From an uncultured Lachnospiraceae bacterium (GTDB taxonomy: Bacteria > Bacillota > Clostridia > Lachnospirales > Lachnospiraceae), in the NCBI GenBank assembly GCA_949879775.1, contig CATLBW010000001.1:1-60186 (forward strand): a stretch of 60,186 nucleotides of DNA. The letters run 5' to 3'. The notes under the pieces are model-generated. The model was not told where the DNA came from. It saw only the letters and a program-made list of their open reading frames with translations, and searched no databases. The number at the start of each line of letters is the position of its first letter. Position 1 is the first letter of the stretch. Shown piece after piece: positions 40,284 to 49,543 of the stretch. A program made the position numbers and the translations under genes.

Positions 40284-41633
40284 CTATTTCTTCTTATTTG
40301 CAAAAAAATCTTCAACTGTTTTCAAAATGAAATCATCCGGCATGGTTTTTAATAAATATCCTTCCGGCTTTAACGCCTTGACATTCTTAACGCTCTCCTT
40401 ATCGCTTCTGCCAGTCAGGAACATCACCGGGATATCCGCAATATCCTTATCTGACCGAATCATTGCCAGGGCCTGCTTCCCATCACAGACTGGCATCTCG
40501 TAGTCCAACAGGACTAAGTCCGGGCGGTTCACTGCAATAATCTTAATTGCGGAAATGCTGGAATCTGACTCTATTACGTCATACTTTCCTGCCAGGAGGC
40601 TGCGAATCCTGGCAATCATAAACTCAGAGTCATCTACCACAAGTATCTTATGCCTGCGCTTTTCCTGCTCCTCGTTCTCTTTCACCAGATAATCCCTGAC
40701 CGCGTTCATGGCATTTTGATGGTTGATTTCTGAGGTAATCTTTCCGCTGAGCGGTTCCGCGGATACCGCGCAGAACGCAAAATACCCTTCTCCCGTGCTG
40801 AATAGCAGGCTGCAGGACGGATGCTCACGCTGAAAGGCTTTCAATAACTGCTCATGGGTCAATAAGCTTTCATCCTCCAGCGTCATTAAGTCAAATGCCG
40901 GGATACGTTCCCTAATCTGCTCTAAAAACTGCCGTGCCAAATAACGGGTGACGTTAAGCACCATATCGTCCACTTTCGGGTAATCTGAATTCAGTATGTT
41001 GCTGATAACCTTAAGCAACAGCCTGTCTTCAAAGACAAGCATAATCTGCCAACGCTCCTTATTCTCCCCACTGTAAACCATGCGGCAGCAAAATACCTTG
41101 CCAAAGTCCTCCCCGGCATACTGCTCGCTTATCAGCTTCGCTTTCATTTGGAACATCTCATACACAAGCTGGATAATCGTTGCCTCTAAGGCATCCTGTT
41201 CCTTCTCCTGTGGGATATCCCCCCATTTGCTGCCTGCCTTCCCGGCAATCGCCTGGTCCTCCGTCACCGTATGGGAAATCACCCATCCGATGCAGACGCC
41301 CAGAAAATGTCGGATAGAATCTGCGGAGTATTGGGAAGCCTCCATCTCCTCCTCCAATGCCGGCATTGTTTTGAACCGAAAATCATCATGCAAACGCTTG
41401 TGTATTTCGTAATCACTATAATTAATGGATTTCATATACTCTTCTTCATGTTCAAAATGCTTTTCCGTATGGCCTTTCAGGTATTTAATGCCTTCCCGGC
41501 ATACATATTCACTCTTTTCCTCGCTCTCAATGAGGCTCATCAATTTATTCATCGTTGAAAAAAGCACCTGGTGTTCTTTATCAATAAAATCCACACCGAT
41601 GTCATAACTGTCATCCCATGCGATATGGCTCAT
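40284..41633 (-). CDS. Hemerythrin - CheX-like - receiver domain protein
   Basis: WDDSYDIGVDFIDKEH, HFEHEEEYM, HKRLH, WVISHTVTED; C-terminal REC domain VVDD..LDYEMP..FLTG..LLK; the middle-domain call is tentative. Confidence 0.8.
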   Translation of the reverse strand: MSHIAWDDSYDIGVDFIDKEHQVLFSTMNKLMSLIESEEKSEYVCREGIKYLKGHTEKHFEHEEEYMKSINYSDYEIHKRLHDDFRFKTMPALEEEMEASQYSADSIRHFLGVCIGWVISHTVTEDQAIAGKAGSKWGDIPQEKEQDALEATIIQLVYEMFQMKAKLISEQYAGEDFGKVFCCRMVYSGENKERWQIMLVFEDRLLLKVISNILNSDYPKVDDMVLNVTRYLARQFLEQIRERIPAFDLMTLEDESLLTHEQLLKAFQREHPSCSLLFSTGEGYFAFCAVSAEPLSGKITSEINHQNAMNAVRDYLVKENEEQEKRRHKILVVDDSEFMIARIRSLLAGKYDVIESDSSISAIKIIAVNRPDLVLLDYEMPVCDGKQALAMIRSDKDIADIPVMFLTGRSDKESVKNVKALKPEGYLLKTMPDDFILKTVEDFFANKKK

Positions 41634-41905
41634 GTTAAATCTCCTCCATTTACTATATATGATAATTCAAAATCTCCCTGGTACACGCCCTAAGGCATCA
41701 TCCCAACTTCGTTGGACCCATCCTTAACGCCTATACCTTATCTCCCTTTTTCCTATCTTGGTTAATTCTGCAATTTCCCAGAAAATGCGCATACGGCTGA
41801 TTCCCAGCCATATTCATTCCCTAAACATATTATATTCCTCCAAGCCCTCATTGTTCGATATGCCCGTCTTAAGGCAGCTCCCCTGTTATCTTAACCATAC
41901 CCGTC

Positions 41906-42334
41906 TTAAGGCATCCTCCCTGTTATCTCAATCATATTCCCATCCGGGTCCTCAATATTAAAATACCAATATGGCATATGCACGTTGACGTACATTAACT
42001 CAGACACCTTACCGATATTAAGCCCCAGCAGCCTTTCATGTTCCTGCTTCAAATCATCCACTTCAAAGTTGAGGATCATAATGTTATTCCTTGCCTGTCC
42101 CTTATCCGCGAAAAAATCGTCTATGTACGCTTGGTTGAAATGCTCATTTGGCTCCCTGCTGATTATTTTTTCATCATAATGTTTATTGTAAAGTGATAAT
42201 GTGTTGCCGCAGCCAAAAGTAATCCATCTGTCCTCATTGGCGTATAACGGCTCCTTTTGCAGCAATTCTTTATAAAAAGCTAAGGATTTTTGCATATCAC
42301 CCACACAAATATACGTCGTCCCTAAATTCATCAT
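41906..42334 (-). CDS. VOC/glyoxalase family protein
   Basis: VGDMQKSLAFYKELL, NFEVDDL, EDPDGNMIEI. Confidence 0.85.
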   Translation of the reverse strand: MMNLGTTYICVGDMQKSLAFYKELLQKEPLYANEDRWITFGCGNTLSLYNKHYDEKIISREPNEHFNQAYIDDFFADKGQARNNIMILNFEVDDLKQEHERLLGLNIGKVSELMYVNVHMPYWYFNIEDPDGNMIEITGRMP

Positions 42335-42424
42335 AACCTCCTTTGTTTCCCTGCCCTATCGAGCTACCCTCATCTCCATGCAGCCTGGCTTCGCACTCTT
42401 GCCGCCTCTTATTCCTGCCGCACC

Positions 42425-43129
42425 TTATAAATCTATTGTCCGCCTCCAGGGACGCTTCTTTTTCGTCCAGCCTTTCTCCCGCCAATAATCTGCGTCTGCT
42501 TGATTAAAGCCACGTTTTTGCATTTTCGCCATAACCCCAAAAAACGCCTTTGTCTTGAACGAAGGCTTTACACGCCCCTGCCTGCTTTTAATTTTGTTTG
42601 CCAGGCGTCCAAGCTTCTTATCTATCAAACGTTTCTTTTGGGGGCTGACCCGCTTCCATGCCGTCTCCCTCACCGCGACGCCATATTTATAAATCCTGCC
42701 AATGCCCCAAAAAAACATGCTGTGCGCCATATCCTGGTTTGTGCTTTTCATCCCTGCCCCAGCCGCCGTAGAGATACAGACGGCTTGCTTGGAAAACATC
42801 TTCCCCTCTGGTCGATGCACCATCCAACGCCAGCCATAATGGTCAAGAAATGCTTTCATAGCGCCTGTTACATGATAGACATAGACAGGGCTTGCCAATA
42901 TGATTACGTCCGCGTCATCCATTGCTTTTGTAATCGGGGATAGCTTATTATAATGAGGACATTTCACCTCTGATTCGCCAAAGCAGCGGGTACAGCCAAC
43001 GCAGAACTCACCAAAATCCCGCGGCAGAAAAAATTCTATGGCTTCGCCCCCGATCTTTTTTGCAAGCATCCTCGCAATATGGCAGGTAGAGCCTTCATGG
43101 TCCTGCCCATGTATCATTACTATTTTCAT
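42425..43129 (-). CDS. NAD(P)H-dependent flavodoxin family protein
   Basis: CVGCTRC..C, ASPVY, MKAFLDH, STAAGAG. Confidence 0.82.
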   Translation of the reverse strand: MKIVMIHGQDHEGSTCHIARMLAKKIGGEAIEFFLPRDFGEFCVGCTRCFGESEVKCPHYNKLSPITKAMDDADVIILASPVYVYHVTGAMKAFLDHYGWRWMVHRPEGKMFSKQAVCISTAAGAGMKSTNQDMAHSMFFWGIGRIYKYGVAVRETAWKRVSPQKKRLIDKKLGRLANKIKSRQGRVKPSFKTKAFFGVMAKMQKRGFNQADADYWREKGWTKKKRPWRRTIDL

Positions 43130-43225
43130 CCTATCACCCCGTAATCACATCAATCACATATTAATTTGTAATTTGCAGTTATAAATGCTACAATAGAACG
43201 AGACTTAAGAAGGAGGGTTCGCTTT

Positions 43226-43630
43226 ATGGACTACAATGAATACAATATGCCCAATATGCCTGATACGCCTAATCCATCCTACATAGAAAAACGCTCCGCC
43301 AGCATGGCAATCGCTTCTATGGTATTGGCAATTGCCGGCCTGGTAATGGGCTGCTGCATTTACCCGGCAATTATCTTCGGCTCACTGGCAATCATCCTGG
43401 CGCTGCTGTCACGCGGCGGTGAGATGTCCACGAGCGGTTATGCCAAGGCTGGGCTGATTCTCGGCATAATCTCCATTATTTTCGGCATCCTGTTCTTATG
43501 CTATGGGCTTTTCACCATAATTGTACAGTTTGGCGGTTTTGAAGGCTATATGGAGTATATTGAAGAAATTATGGAGAATATGGGCTATCCATCCAACTAT
43601 GATCCTTACGATATGTTCAACAATATGTAA
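43226..43630 (+). CDS. DUF4190-like membrane protein
   Basis: MAIASMVL..., AIILALLS, AKAGLILGIISI. Confidence 0.7.
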   Translation: MDYNEYNMPNMPDTPNPSYIEKRSASMAIASMVLAIAGLVMGCCIYPAIIFGSLAIILALLSRGGEMSTSGYAKAGLILGIISIIFGILFLCYGLFTIIVQFGGFEGYMEYIEEIMENMGYPSNYDPYDMFNNM

Positions 43631-43791
43631 CCCTGCCCCGGCAGCTTCCACAGATAGGATGGGAAAGCTGCCGAAAGCTTCCATAACGTTGGATTCCCAC
43701 AGGCAATGCGCCCATGGGCATCCGAAAAATATCCATGCATACCACGAGGCTTATCCTCTCTTCGCAGAAAGGGAGATAAGCCTCATCGAAT

Positions 43792-44535
43792 TTATGCCTC
43801 AACACCGCTGCCTGCATCCCCATCCAGTTCCCCTGTCAAATCCCGGTAAAAATTAACGTTGGTCTGCATCATGTAAGGCGTTACCCACAACATGCCTATG
43901 CCGCAGGAAAGAAGCCCCAGCAGCGACCAGCCGATAAAGCTCAGGTTGATATAAAAAAACCGGCCCATATTGCCCTCCATCATCTGTGAGCTGACATGGA
44001 AAGCCTCTATGACGGACATATCGCCATGCTCCACCAACAGATAAAAAATTTGCGACAGGCGAAGCGACACAATTATGACAACTACAAACCCGGCGATATA
44101 TAACGCCACGCCTATCGATATTGCCAGCACGGTTTCAACAACAATCCCCACTGCCAGGCAGATAGCCCCCGGCAGCACACATAGCATCTCCACAACAAAT
44201 ATCAGGACATAACCCAGGACATAACGGTCCGGCCTCCTTGTAAATTCCTCAAAAACCATGCCTACGCCAGCTTCCTGGTTCCTGGCAAACCCGAAATACA
44301 TCCTCAGGATACCGCACTGCAGTATCATGGAGGCTGCAGAGATAATAATTGCCGCCACTATATATGTAATATACTGAACTGTCCCGCTGCCGGTGAGGAT
44401 AAGCAGAAAATAGAATGGCATCAGTAACCCTGACACGATCATCTCCACTAACAGGTTTGCCGCAATGGCAAGCCCCCAATGACCATTTAACTGTTCCCTT
44501 GCTAACCGTTTTAATTCCGCTGATGTACGACTCAT
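43792..44535 (-). CDS. DUF975 family membrane protein
   Basis: ELKRLAREQL..W, SSQMMEGN, LSFIGW, GIGMLWVTPY, FYRDL. Confidence 0.85.
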   Translation of the reverse strand: MSRTSAELKRLAREQLNGHWGLAIAANLLVEMIVSGLLMPFYFLLILTGSGTVQYITYIVAAIIISAASMILQCGILRMYFGFARNQEAGVGMVFEEFTRRPDRYVLGYVLIFVVEMLCVLPGAICLAVGIVVETVLAISIGVALYIAGFVVVIIVSLRLSQIFYLLVEHGDMSVIEAFHVSSQMMEGNMGRFFYINLSFIGWSLLGLLSCGIGMLWVTPYMMQTNVNFYRDLTGELDGDAGSGVEA

Positions 44536-44537
44536 AT

Positions 44538-45173
44538 TTAATAACGCTCCATTTCAAATTCTTCTAAAGGCCGGGTCGCATAATCAAACCCCTTGCCCCG
44601 CACTGCATTTGCCTGGCTCTGCCTTTGCCCTGCCGCATAAGGGTTCTCCCTTTGCCCTGCCGCGTAAGGGTTCTCTGCCGGATACCTAACCTTGGTCGAT
44701 GTAGTGCCGCCGGACACATAGTTCTTCCCACATTCCGGGCAAACCGCCGTCTCAAGGCGCACGGAAACAGACACAACTTCCCCGCCCTTTAGCGCCGCCT
44801 TACTGTAAGCATTTGCCACATGCTCCCCCTCATGGGCGCGCACCCTGCTGGCTGCCGCTTCTGGTGAAATATGCGCCGCCGCCTTAAAGGACACATTCTC
44901 GTCTGAACCATCCTTATATTTGCGGTTCTTACAGGTCTGGCACTCTTCGCCAAGCTCTTTCTTCCTAAAACCGTCTTTGGGCACCTCCTCTTCCTTCTGC
45001 GCCTTATCCGCCCACGGCAGCCGTTCTTCCCTGGGTTCTTTTTCTGCCTTGGGAACCTTCCCGGCTTCCTCTGCTTCTTTGTTGTTCTGTGGGCTGCCTG
45101 GCGCATCCATCTGTTTGTCCGCCGGATGTATACCATTATAAGATGTGTTGATCCCTACCATAAAACCTGCCAT
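44538..45173 (-). CDS. Hypothetical protein, SprA-related-like (HExxH plus two CxxC)
   Basis: CQTC, VRAHEGEHV, CPECG..YVSGG; internal 27-bp duplication ENPYAAGQR x2. Confidence 0.55.
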   Translation of the reverse strand: MAGFMVGINTSYNGIHPADKQMDAPGSPQNNKEAEEAGKVPKAEKEPREERLPWADKAQKEEEVPKDGFRKKELGEECQTCKNRKYKDGSDENVSFKAAAHISPEAAASRVRAHEGEHVANAYSKAALKGGEVVSVSVRLETAVCPECGKNYVSGGTTSTKVRYPAENPYAAGQRENPYAAGQRQSQANAVRGKGFDYATRPLEEFEMERY

Positions 45174-45424
45174 GCTTCCATCCCCTTCCCTAAACTATAC
45201 TATATTTTAGTGTAGCACATAATCTTCTTTTTGACAAATAAAAAACTTCTTAGGTCGCTTCACATTTTTTCAAAGAAAACCTTCTTACATCTTGAAAACC
45301 CACAATAACCAAAATCCGCGATAGACAAAATCACCGAACTTAGATTATAATATATAACATCGACACTTGAAAACGATAACAAATATAACAAAACAAATGA
45401 TAATAATTGAAAGGGGAATTTAAG

Positions 45425-46081
45425 ATGGCAGATTACGGAAACGAAATTTCTTCCATCAGTTTAGGAAGCATCATCGGCGGCGCCTTGAGCGCGATTGTAG
45501 AAGCACAGAGCCAGGCGGCACACACAACAGTGAACTTTATTAACGAGGTCGGTTTTGAAGAAAAACAGGGCAATCGGCAGCCAGTATACGTCGATTTTCA
45601 ATATGAAAAGACGCTTGCACCCGAGGAGGCAGAATCGGGGAACCCTAAGGAGCCTGAAGAGGACGAGACGAAAGCACCGTCCCGTACAGAGAACCTCAAA
45701 CAGGTGACAAATTTGAAGGTGCCGCTTCTTACTATGGTGCCAATCCCTTATATTCGGGTGGACGACGCGACAATCGATTTCAACGTCAAAATCAATTCCG
45801 TGCAGGAGACAAAATCATCCACTGATTTGACATATGGCGGCAATATGGATGCGCACGCCAATTATAACGGATTCCGCTTTAAAACAGGAATCAAATTAAG
45901 CGCCTCCATCTCCAACCAGAAAAAGAGCAGCACATCAGATACCGTAAAACGGGACTATTCCCTTAACGTCCATGTCCACGCCAAACAGGACGATATGCCG
46001 ACCGGGGTGGAGCGCCTGCTGGATTTACTTTCAGATGCATCGTCTGTCGAGAACCACACGGTAAAGGAGAATAAATCATGA
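45425..46081 (+). CDS. DUF2589 domain protein
   Basis: LGSIIGGALSAIVEAQ..AA.TT.NFI.EVGF, VPLLTMVPIP, YSLNVHVHAKQDDMPTG..RLLD; RBS GAAAGGGG; TAGACA-18-TATAAT at 45322-45351. Confidence 0.85.
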   Translation: MADYGNEISSISLGSIIGGALSAIVEAQSQAAHTTVNFINEVGFEEKQGNRQPVYVDFQYEKTLAPEEAESGNPKEPEEDETKAPSRTENLKQVTNLKVPLLTMVPIPYIRVDDATIDFNVKINSVQETKSSTDLTYGGNMDAHANYNGFRFKTGIKLSASISNQKKSSTSDTVKRDYSLNVHVHAKQDDMPTGVERLLDLLSDASSVENHTVKENKS

Positions 46082-46932
46082 TAACATTTGGTGAATTTGC
46101 AGGAGTACTGATCACGGATTTTTTGCAGGCGCGCAAAATTGCCGATACATACAGCGCAGCCCTCTCGGAGGAATATCATGTGAATCCCATTTTAAGCGGG
46201 ATGCCGGTACCTCATTACACGATTGATGAAGCTGAGATAGACGTCCCTGTAAAAGTCATGGGCATAAAAAAGACGGAAATTACACAGGAAATGGTGAAAA
46301 AAATTCTCGTAAAAATTGAACGGAACCTCCCCACACTGCTGTATCGGAATATCAAAAACAGCTATTATGAGAAGCAGGAGCATAACGTTTGGCTGAAAAA
46401 CGGCGCTGTGGAAGCGGATCAGGTTGGGGTTTCTCTGGACCCTGGCTTGGAACAGGATGAACAGGCAAGGGTAATACGATTAAGCGAGGAGCCGCAGTTA
46501 AAAGCATGTTATAAATCATCTGTGGCGTCGATTTGCACTTTAATGAATACATATATGAACACCTATATAGAGGAAAACAACATAGGCGAAATGAAACTGC
46601 TGGACTTTACGGACGCTTTTGTATCCACATTAAAAAGCTCCTGCAAGCAGGAATTCGGTTCTTATCCGGATACACAAACGCCGTTTATTGACAAATCGTC
46701 ATTGAAAAAAATGTGCCAAATCATCGGCAACACCATGTTTTTTGAATTCAAGGAAATCTTTGACCAAAAAGACGGCATCCTCATACTGCCGGAAACCGGC
46801 AAAATGGAAAGTAGCTGCACACCGGAACAGTTGATGCGGGTGAAGCTTAAGATCCGGGAACAGGACGTAAGCTTTGTGGTTGATAAAGATGAGAACAGCG
46901 GAGAGACCAAGCGCTTTCTGACCTTAGGTTAG
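46078..46932 (+). CDS. Hypothetical protein with a DUF2589-like N-terminus
   Basis: FGEFAGVLITDFLQARKIAD...PVPHYTIDEAEIDVP parallels AQ...PIPYIRVDDATIDF of the upstream protein; ATGA coupling. Confidence 0.6.
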   Translation: MITFGEFAGVLITDFLQARKIADTYSAALSEEYHVNPILSGMPVPHYTIDEAEIDVPVKVMGIKKTEITQEMVKKILVKIERNLPTLLYRNIKNSYYEKQEHNVWLKNGAVEADQVGVSLDPGLEQDEQARVIRLSEEPQLKACYKSSVASICTLMNTYMNTYIEENNIGEMKLLDFTDAFVSTLKSSCKQEFGSYPDTQTPFIDKSSLKKMCQIIGNTMFFEFKEIFDQKDGILILPETGKMESSCTPEQLMRVKLKIREQDVSFVVDKDENSGETKRFLTLG

Positions 46933-46937
46933 GTGAT

Positions 46938-47480
46938 GTGATGCTTTCGATAGAAGTAATCGAAGAATTTGAAAAATATTTTGAGAAAATGGTTCCGGTA
47001 ATTGAAGCAATTAACAGGGATTATTACCTTCCAGAAGAAAAAGCAGGCGAATACCTGGCAGTTCTCGTCTCCATGAGTGAAGATTGCCATCTTCCATTCG
47101 CTTCGGATCTTGCTGTCCTCAAAGCACAGATGTACCAATATGTGCCAGAGATGGACGGAAGGGACAGGTCCGGCGGCAAATACGAAAGGAAACGCAAGAA
47201 ACAGTATCTGCTCAACGGCCTAAAGCAGGCCAAAGCCTATGCAGACGATTACTTTGCAGGGACGCGCCGGCTCCTTCAGGAATGCAGCATTTTGCTGCGT
47301 AAAGTGGCGGCAGTCGCCTCAGCCAAAGGCCTGGCTTTGGAGAATGGCGCCGAACAGTTAATTGAGGACATAAAACAGGATGAAGAACTGTCTGCCGCAC
47401 TGACAAGCGCCATTGGCTCGGTAGGGTATTCTAATATGAAATGTTTATTGCAACGCGCTATTGCAGACGTTACGGAATAA
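46938..47480 (+). CDS. Hypothetical helical protein
   Basis: 180-aa ORF in the operon with AGGTGA RBS; no recognisable motif. Confidence 0.6.
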   Translation: MMLSIEVIEEFEKYFEKMVPVIEAINRDYYLPEEKAGEYLAVLVSMSEDCHLPFASDLAVLKAQMYQYVPEMDGRDRSGGKYERKRKKQYLLNGLKQAKAYADDYFAGTRRLLQECSILLRKVAAVASAKGLALENGAEQLIEDIKQDEELSAALTSAIGSVGYSNMKCLLQRAIADVTE

Positions 47481-47492
47481 CCCCTGCCACAT

Positions 47493-47882
47493 ATGCGGCA
47501 ACAGATATTGGAGGGAATTTGTTTGAATAAGTTAGAATTTGACCAGGTCGTAAGTTTAACACATTTTTTAGAAAAATATACACAACAAATGATGGACGCA
47601 GGCAAAGATAAGGTTATTACGTTTTCCAGCGAAGATAAAAATACGTGGGATACTTTTTTTGAAACGCTTATAAATCCAGGGATTTTGCAGGATGGTATGG
47701 CTTTCCATACGCCCTGTAACGATACCAAGGTCGGGATTGGCAGTGATGGTGCCTGCTACAGGGAAGAATTCTTACAGCTTCTGATGCAGTGTTACAAGTA
47801 TCTGTACCTGGCGCTTTCCAGCGGAGAAATCTTTCTCAAGCACAAGAACTGGTATACGTCAGATGGAAAGGAGACTTCATAG
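47493..47882 (+). CDS. Hypothetical protein (possibly the N-terminus of the next gene)
   Basis: 129-aa ORF whose end overlaps the open frame of the next ORF. Confidence 0.45.
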   Translation: MRQQILEGICLNKLEFDQVVSLTHFLEKYTQQMMDAGKDKVITFSSEDKNTWDTFFETLINPGILQDGMAFHTPCNDTKVGIGSDGACYREEFLQLLMQCYKYLYLALSSGEIFLKHKNWYTSDGKETS

Positions 47883-47887
47883 GAATT

Positions 47888-49528
47888 ATGTGCAACCTTA
47901 GGAAAGCCAATAAGAAAGACCGTGAACAATACCGGGGGCATCTGAATCGAATCTTCTATTGGGTCCAATGGGAAACCAGCCCATCATTGGACAATCTGAT
48001 GCAGGAACTTAAACCTTTAACAGACTTCTATATGGAACCGCAGGCAGAAGAAACCAGAAAGGGGATTTTATCCTTGCTTTCAAATATCCAAACTGAGACG
48101 CTTTACCGGAAACTCGTCTCGCTGCAAGGTGAGCTGCTATCGTTCCTGATAACATATGACGAAGCCATTGAGCCGGACTTTAACGGGAAAAACCCTTATA
48201 CATTTTTCTATTTTTTACCCCAAAACCCACACAAAACGGCAGATGTGCTAAACCGTGCGTCAGAGATATACGCTAAGTTTGGTTCCCATACCCATCATAT
48301 ATTGGAATACCTGTTCCGGCTGGGAGGGTTTGTGGCCAGCTCTTCCGCTCCCAGCACAGCTGAGCAACCCGAAAATTTTATTAATTTCTTTTTGCGGCGC
48401 AGCTACAACTTTTTATTGGGAATGGAAACAATCCAACACCAATTGGCAACTGCAAGGCTCGTCTACATCGCCGACTCACTCATTCCAACTGGCGGCGATA
48501 TGCACTGTGACGGAAAAGTCCCCTGTATCATTGACTATAACAACGAAAAATATGTTTATAAACCGAGGGATATGAGAATTGACTGGATCGTAACGCAGGC
48601 GATTGCCTTTTGCTCACAATTTTTGGAGAAGGAAATGCAATTGCCATCGTTAAATATCCGTTTGCTTCCGGATACTACCGGACTGGTACAGTTCGCGTTC
48701 CATGCGGATGAGATGAGCTTTGAACAGGCAGGAAGTTATTTTACAAAACTGGGCGCACTGTTATGTATTTCCAAACTATTTGGCGTCCGGGACCTTCATT
48801 ATGAAAACATTATGGCAACATTGGAAGGACCGGTCATCATTGACATGGAATGCGCGTTTAGCGCGGAGGCAATTAGCAGCGAAACCGTCTGTGACACCTC
48901 TTTCTTTTTAATGAAGCAGGCATTTTCACGCAAATCAGCGCAGAATGCAACTTTTTCGGTGGAGGGGCAGATTCCAACTTTAGCAGCATTCAAGGAACAA
49001 ATCATAAACGGCTTTACAACAGCAGCAGCATGTTTGTACAGCCACCGGCAACATCTGATAGAATATTACCGGAATTTATTGATGACATCCATTTCTTATC
49101 GGATCGTTCCGATCCCGACACAAGATTTCTATGGGAACATATGGGCTTTTTTAGACAATTCCTCCACATCGGCTATGATAAAAAAAAGATTGCTACCACT
49201 ATACAAACAGCTATATGATGGTCTGTATAGACACATTATGGAATGCATCCCCAGAGAGCAATTTGAACAATGTTTGAAAAAAAAATTTATTCAGTACGAA
49301 ATTTATCGTACCTTGTATTATGGAAATATCCCTATTTTTAATATGACAGTTAAAGCAGATTCCGACGGGACTGTTTATTATACCGGCTATATAAACAGCG
49401 TTTCCTTTTTCAAGAGGGCGATTGCGGTAACTTCCCTCGACAATTTGACCACAGCGTTTGAGGCGCAGATCAGGTATTTGATATCGAAACCTGCATTAGA
49501 GGCTGTCAAAAAATTCACGGATAGCTGA
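47888..49528 (+). CDS. DUF4135 / LanM-type dehydratase-kinase domain protein without cyclase (frame is open from at least 47789)
   Basis: GDMH.DGK, YVYKPR, DLHYENI, PVIIDMEC, YRIVPIPT, GNIPIF; ends with no LanC domain. Confidence 0.8.
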   Translation: MCNLRKANKKDREQYRGHLNRIFYWVQWETSPSLDNLMQELKPLTDFYMEPQAEETRKGILSLLSNIQTETLYRKLVSLQGELLSFLITYDEAIEPDFNGKNPYTFFYFLPQNPHKTADVLNRASEIYAKFGSHTHHILEYLFRLGGFVASSSAPSTAEQPENFINFFLRRSYNFLLGMETIQHQLATARLVYIADSLIPTGGDMHCDGKVPCIIDYNNEKYVYKPRDMRIDWIVTQAIAFCSQFLEKEMQLPSLNIRLLPDTTGLVQFAFHADEMSFEQAGSYFTKLGALLCISKLFGVRDLHYENIMATLEGPVIIDMECAFSAEAISSETVCDTSFFLMKQAFSRKSAQNATFSVEGQIPTLAAFKEQIINGFTTAAACLYSHRQHLIEYYRNLLMTSISYRIVPIPTQDFYGNIWAFLDNSSTSAMIKKRLLPLYKQLYDGLYRHIMECIPREQFEQCLKKKFIQYEIYRTLYYGNIPIFNMTVKADSDGTVYYTGYINSVSFFKRAIAVTSLDNLTTAFEAQIRYLISKPALEAVKKFTDS

Positions 49529-49543
49529 ATCGGAGATGAGATT

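Noticed and set aside
36261-49528. Complete lanthipeptide gene cluster (LanM-like gene plus BcrA/LanF-like ABC transporter and TCS)
   Set aside because: No precursor peptide, LanC cyclase or LanT exporter; the ABC/TCS lies over 5 kb away on the other strand, separated by unrelated genes
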